A stretch of 64,000 nt of DNA from the human T2T-CHM13v2.0 reference genome, Homo sapiens. The DNA is taken from contig CP086569.2 in the NCBI GenBank assembly GCA_009914755.4, positions 7,648,001 through 7,712,000 of the forward strand, read 5' to 3'. Below, piece by piece: positions 58,752 to 64,000 of this stretch. Each line of letters begins with the position of its first letter. Position 1 is the stretch's first letter. The notes beneath the pieces were generated by a model, which did not search any database, was not told where the DNA came from, and was given only the letters and a program-made list of their open reading frames with translations. The translations under genes and the position numbers were made by a program.

Positions 58752-61275
58752 TAAGTTTAGGGATCCCAAATGTCTTGGATTTCCTTCTTCTACAAAGGTT
58801 ACAAACAATTACAAAAAGCACACATATTTTACAAAGTCTTTAGTTATACAGACAGAGTCAAACAGGGCTTGGTACACAGTAGAAATTGTGAATCTCATAT
58901 GCACAACCAGCTGACAGTAAGAATTGTCATCATCTCATGTGGATAAAACCAAAACCAACTGTCATACATTAAATCAGGACATGTGGCATTGAAAATCTCA
59001 CCCTTGGAATTTTCTAACAATGTGATTGTGATACAAATATTTGCCAAACACCTGTTTAATTTGACTCTCCAGGTTTGCTCCAGTGTATATATGGGATTAT
59101 CATATATACATAGGCCAACCTAGAGGTGATGTGACTCTCCTGTCTGGGCACTTATTTCAGAAAGGATGTGATATATCACTGGATCTAGAACCTAGGTGAT
59201 GTTACATTCTTGCCTGTGCCAGCCACATCAAAATTATTGTAACATATTTCTGTGTCTACCTCATAAGCTACGTAACTCTCTTCTCTGGAATGAGCCCTAC
59301 GCAAAGGAATGATAGCAACAGATTGCAATACCAGGTGCACAGGGGAGGGTATTCTTTTGCCAGAGCCATGCACACAAAAGGGCATTGTGACATATCTCTG
59401 GGTGTATCAGGTAGGTGATGTGGCTATCCTGTTTGGGTCCTGCTAACCCTGACTATGATATCTTTTTGGCCAGGCACACAGGTTGTGGTACTCTTTCATC
59501 AGGGCTATGCTTCATAGAGGTCATTGCGACATATCTCTGGGCCTATCCCCTAGGTGAAGTGACTCCCTCCTTGGGTGCTACACATATGGAGGCCACATGG
59601 AGCACTGTGGCATAAAAAGAGAACCTGCACCTAGGTGATGTAACTATCTTTGCTGGGTGCCATCCTAAGAGAGCCTTGTGAAATATCTCCAAACCCAGCA
59701 CTCTGGAGATGTGGCTCTTCTGTCTAATTTCTTCACACATTTTACATTGCAACATATTTCTAAGGAAGCACATAGGTGATATGACTCCCCATGTCTGCTT
59801 GAGCCCTGCCTACTGAGGACATTGGGACATATCTCCGAGCCCATGACCTAAGTGATGTGACCCTCTTTTTCTGCCTGTGCCTTCACAGTAGGAGGATTTT
59901 GGCACATTACTGATCCCAGCACCCAGAATATGTGACTCTCCTCCTTTTCCCAAGCCCTTCCCACAAAACAGGAATTTTGACCTACAGCAGGGCCCAGCAG
60001 TCAGATGATGTTACTCTCCTGCCTTGCTTCTGCATATAGAAGAACTTATGGCGTATGGCATATTGCTTAGCCCAGGACCATTATTATGTGACTCTCCTCC
60101 TGTGCTGTAGCCACTAAAGGTATTTTGACATATGTTGTGCTCTTTATTTAGGTATTTTGGCACTCATAACTTGGCTGGGCTTTTTCCACATGTGAGATGG
60201 TGTCATATTGCTGGGTCCAGCACCCAGTTAATATGACCAAATTTCCTACACCCTGCCTAGAGAATGCATTCTGACATATTGCCTGGCACATCATCTAAGT
60301 GATGTTACCCTCCTGCCTAGTTTTTGCCCACATATGGGATTATGACATTTACCTTGTTTCAGTTCACAGATATGATGTTCAAACTTATACTGGGATCAGC
60401 CAGTAGAAGACATTTTGCCTTTCGTTTTTAGTCTTGGGAGAATAGATAATGTCCTCGGTTTCATATATGCAACAACTTCACAGAAGCTTACAACACTAAC
60501 TTACATCATATACCCGTTGGTGGTATAAAATTTCATAACAAGACCCAGCTAAAAGTTCAGATTAGGACTCTAGGTTATAAAGCCAGGTGAAATTAAAAGT
60601 TGTCACCATCCCACATTCACAATACCCACTCTTGAGAACAGGATTCTAATAAGAGAATACAGCACAAATTTGGAATTGTGACATTTATATGTGGCTCTGG
60701 CCACAAGTGGGATGGTCACTGATTTTTAGACCCAATCCACAGAAATAATAATGGGTCTTCTTCCCAAACCCTGCCTATAGGAGAGATGTTGACTATCAAA
60801 CGTGGTTTAGGTTAATATGTAAGATTTTGAGTTCATACCAGCACGTAGGCCTCAGAGAGCTTTGTAACCCTTATGCAGGTTTTTTAAATCCCTTGCATGT
60901 TGCAGAGGGTAATATATTGTCCCACAAAGCATGAGAGATTGTCATTCTAGCATACACACTCAGCTAAAAGTTAAGGTTGTTACCCTCAAAGATGATGACA
61001 TTGTGTCATATCACTGGGCCTAGAACCCAGGTGTTGAGACTTTTTAGCACAAATCCCTTTTCATGGGTGCATTGTTATGTATTGCTGGGTCAGAATTACA
61101 ATAATATGATTATTCTACCTGAGCCCTGTCAACAGCGTATATTATCACATATCTCTTGGCCTATCTGCCTCCAGAAAAAAAAGAATTGAAATTTCACAGA
61201 AATTAGTGTCTAAATGGTGCAACTCTACTCTCCTGCCTGGGTCCTGCTTACCAAAGGAATTGTGACAAACAGTTG

Positions 61276-61640
61276 AATGAAAAACCTACATAGTATGTCT
61301 CTCCTCTTTATTCAAAATTTTATTTCTGTGCTGCATTCTGCTTCATTACTTTCATATTTTACCTTTATACTGGTACCAAAATGCTTTGATTACTTTAGGT
61401 TTGTTTTGTGTTTGGAAATGCTTAAGTGTAATGCTTCCACTATTTTTCTTCTTTTTAAAGATTGCCAGGATTTTCATGTAGTTTTGTGGGGTTTTTTTTT
61501 AATTTCTATTCTTGGGAAAATTTAATTTAAAATTTAAAATTAGCCTGTTGAATGTGTGGATCACTTTAAGTCACATGGACATATTTACAATATTATGTCT
61601 TCCAACCCTTGATAAAGAGCATGCTCAAAAGTGTGTTATT
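61276..61640. other. Right-arm inner flank, inverted copy of 9955-10340
   Basis: cctttatactggtaccaaaatgctttgattactttaggtttgttttgtgtttggaaatgcttaagtgtaatgcttc is the reverse complement (~80%) of left 10160-10240. ggacatatttacaatattatgtcttccaacccttgataaagagcatgctcaaaagtgtgttattggccagg is the reverse complement of left 9955-10040. Confidence 0.85.
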
Positions 61641-61933
61641 GGCCAGGCATGGTGTCTCATAATTGTGATCCCAGCACTTTGGAAGGCTGAAGAGGGTGCA
61701 TGGCCAGATCAGGAGATGGAGACCATTTTGGCCAACATGATGCAATCCCTCATCTACTGAAATTCACGAAATTAGCTGGGCATGGAGGTGTGCACCTGTA
61801 GTTCCAGCTACTGGAGAGACTGAGGCAAGGGAATTGCTTGAACCTGGAAGTGGAGGTTGCAGTTAGCCGAGATCATGCCACTGCACTTCATCCTAATGAC
61901 AGAGTGATACTGTATCTAAAAAGAAAAAAAAAA
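61641..61933 (+). mobile_element. Alu (plus strand), partner of the Alu at 9622-9954
   Basis: ggccaggcatggtgtctcataattgtgatcccagcactttggaaggctgaagagggtgcatggccagatcagg… It shares the derived gagggtgcatgg and gcagttagc with the left-arm Alu, in the mirror position. Confidence 0.85.
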
Positions 61934-63484
61934 CTGGGTTGCTATTTTTTATAATTTTTTTGAATTTTTCAGCTTTTCTTCCATTACTGATTTCTAGTTT
62001 CATTCCATTTGGGCTATAAAAAATTTTCAGTAAAATTTAAATTAAAAAAAATTGTTAAGGTTTCTTTTGTCAGTCACAGGTAATCCACATAGAAAAATAT
62101 TTTATAAACTATTTAAAAATGTGTATTCTGTTGCATATATGCATTTGTTAGGTATATATATTGTATAGTGCATTCAAACTTTTTGTTCCCTTATTGATAT
62201 TCTGTCTTACTTTATTACTGTAAGTGGCATATAAATGTATTCTTCCATTATTATATTGCTCTCTATTTTTGCTTCAATTCTGTCAATGTTTGAATTATGT
62301 GTTTGGGAATATTCTCATATATTTATAGAATCTCAGTGAATGAACCCTCTTAATATAATTGAATGTCCTACTGTGTCTCTTGTGAATTTTGACTTGAAGC
62401 AAATTTTGTAAAATATGTCAGTTTTCAACTTAATAAATTGTTGCCTTTTCTCCTCTTATTTGGTTAACACTTGCATGACATGTATTTTTTATCCTGCCAT
62501 TTTTAGTCTTTTTTTTATTAGGTCTGCAGTAAGTCTCTTGAAGACATGACATGGTTAGATCTTGATATAGATCATGATATAGCTCGTTTTTTTCTTTTTC
62601 ATTTTAAAGGATACTTTTGCTGGATATAGTATTCTCATTTAGACTTTCTAAAAAGTAAAAATTTCTCATCAAAGTTTTCCTTCTTTTAAATAATAAATAA
62701 TAAATCTTAGAAATAATATTTACTTTTGAAGATTAACTTTCTTCAAAGCCTTCTTATTTTCTGCTAATAACTCTTTATTAAGCTCTATTCTATGTAGCTG
62801 TTACATATAAGGGAATGAGTACATTCTATGTCCTTGAACTTTGACCAAGATGTTTGTTCTGTACATGTTGGAGTATGTCCCAGCTTGCAGATTATGCCCA
62901 TTTCTCATTTGGGAATGTTATTACTTCTCTAAATTTTTTGCAAGCAACTTTCTCTTTTTCTTTGTTCTCCATTGTCTTTACCTATTTAGGGAACTTTTAG
63001 GTTGTTACCCAATCAGGTTTAGCTTAGACTGTGATGTCCAGCTCCAACTAGTGGAGATAGGACACAGAAGTAAGGACCCAAGGCATACAAGATAAATATT
63101 TCTGACTTTCTTTTTCATTGTGCTCTCATGACAGGATTGCTGATGAGCAGAACCCTGTCTGCAGAAAGTAAAACTGACTTGCTGAGAAAATTATTTGTCT
63201 GAGCACTAGTTCTACTTTTTGGTACCAAGAAAGAGGGATTTCTAAAGTATTTTTTTTCAATGTTTTAAGTATGTTATCCTGCTTCTTTCTTCCTGAAAGA
63301 TTTATGTTCATAAACTTACTGGTAATCTTATAGAAGCACGTGTACAAATAACATATCTTTTTTTTCTTCCTGCATTCCAGATTCTCTTCTTCTGTGTGAC
63401 TTTCAAAACATTGCTTATATGGGGTCTTGTTAGTAATTTTTTTGTGTTAATGTTAATTGAAACCTAAGCTGCTTCATTTTCTTT
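61934..63484. other. Right-arm outer flank, homologous in inverse orientation to 8690-9621; contains ~640 bp (about 62650-63290) absent from the left copy
   Basis: Long alignable blocks include ttgatattctgtctt…cattattatattgct…caattctgtcaatgttt…agtgaatgaaccctctta…ttttcaacttaataa…tcttgatatagatcatgatatag… and …ttcctgcattccagattctcttcttctgtgtgactttcaaaacattgcttat… The middle ~640 bp has no counterpart on the left. Confidence 0.75.
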
Positions 63485-64000
63485 TTTAAAAATTTTTATT
63501 ATTATTATACTTTAAGTTGTAGGTACATATGTACAACGTGCAGGTTTGTTACATATGTATACATGTGCCATGTTGGTGTGCTGCACCCATTAACTTGTCA
63601 CTTAGTATTAGATATATCTCCTGATGCTATCCCTACCCCCTCCCAGGACCCCACAACAGTCCCCAGTGTGTGATGTTCCCCTCCCTGTGTCCCTGTGTTC
63701 TCATTGTTTAATTCCCACCTATGGGTGAGAACATGCGGAGTTTGGTTTTTTATCCTTGTGATAGTTTGCTGAGAATGATGGCTTCCAGTTTCACCCATGT
63801 CCCTATAAAGGACACGAACTCATCATTTTTTATGGCTGCATAGTATTCCATGGTGTATATGTGCCACATTTTCTTAATCCAGCCTATCATTGTTGGGCAT
63901 TTGGCTTGGTTCCAAGTCTTTGCTATCGTGAATAGTGCCGCAATAAACATACGTGTGCATGTGTCTTTATAGCAGCATGATTTATAATCCTTTGGGTATA
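63485..64000 (-). mobile_element. LINE-1 3' end (minus strand), continuing beyond the window
   Basis: Reverse-complemented L1 3' UTR (…tattatactttaagttgtaggtacatatgtacaacgtgcaggtttgttacatatgtatacatgtgccatgttggtgtgctgcacccattaac…). The minus ORF at 63750-63950 ([45 protein letters not shown]…) is the L1 ORF2 C-terminus. Confidence 0.95.

Overview
This window is primate, almost certainly human, repeat-rich and heterochromatin-like DNA. I see no credible cellular protein-coding gene, tRNA or rRNA. The long ORFs in the supplied track that matter are retroelement remnants (HERV-K-like env, pol and gag; LINE-1 ORF1 and ORF2). The other ORFs are frame artefacts inside satellite DNA.

Layout from left to right:
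- 1-6818: a HERV-K-like (betaretrovirus-like) provirus on the minus strand. It has two ~1 kb LTRs (the left one is cut by the window edge) and a heavily deleted internal region of about 4.9 kb. Recognisable remnants include env-TM, pol-RT and gag N-terminus.
- 7535-8198: two Alus flanking a (GAAA)n microsatellite.
- ~8690-63480: one very large, ancient inverted duplication. Each arm carries about 23 kb of a divergent 68-72 bp tandem repeat. I read this as beta-satellite (BSR)-like, from the monomer cores ATATGTCACAAT and TCACATCACCTAGGTG. The monomers are organised into a compound higher-order repeat with recurring non-monomeric landmark blocks.
- Each arm also carries about 1.6-2.2 kb of non-satellite flank. 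The flanks include an orthologous Alu, present in opposite orientation on the two sides.
- Left arm: + orientation, 10340-33457. Right arm: - orientation, 33458-61275.
- Orientation switches at about 33455-33465, with an asymmetric ~940 bp single-copy spacer (32519-33457). This is a fold-back type junction.
- Later insertions interrupt the arms:
  - Alus at 11248, 13538, 20271 and 31346.
  - An L1 3' fragment at 25193-26457.
  - A twin-primed (5'-inverted) L1 with intact 15-bp target-site duplications at 34556-38883.
  - An older L1 fragment at 56768-58751.
  - An L1 3' end at 63485 to the window end.
  - A ~590-bp unidentified insertion, possibly a solo LTR, at 14615-15202.

The biological interest here is structural. 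It rests on the palindromic satellite architecture, its fold-back junction, and the dated layers of retroelement insertions. I found no novel gene system.
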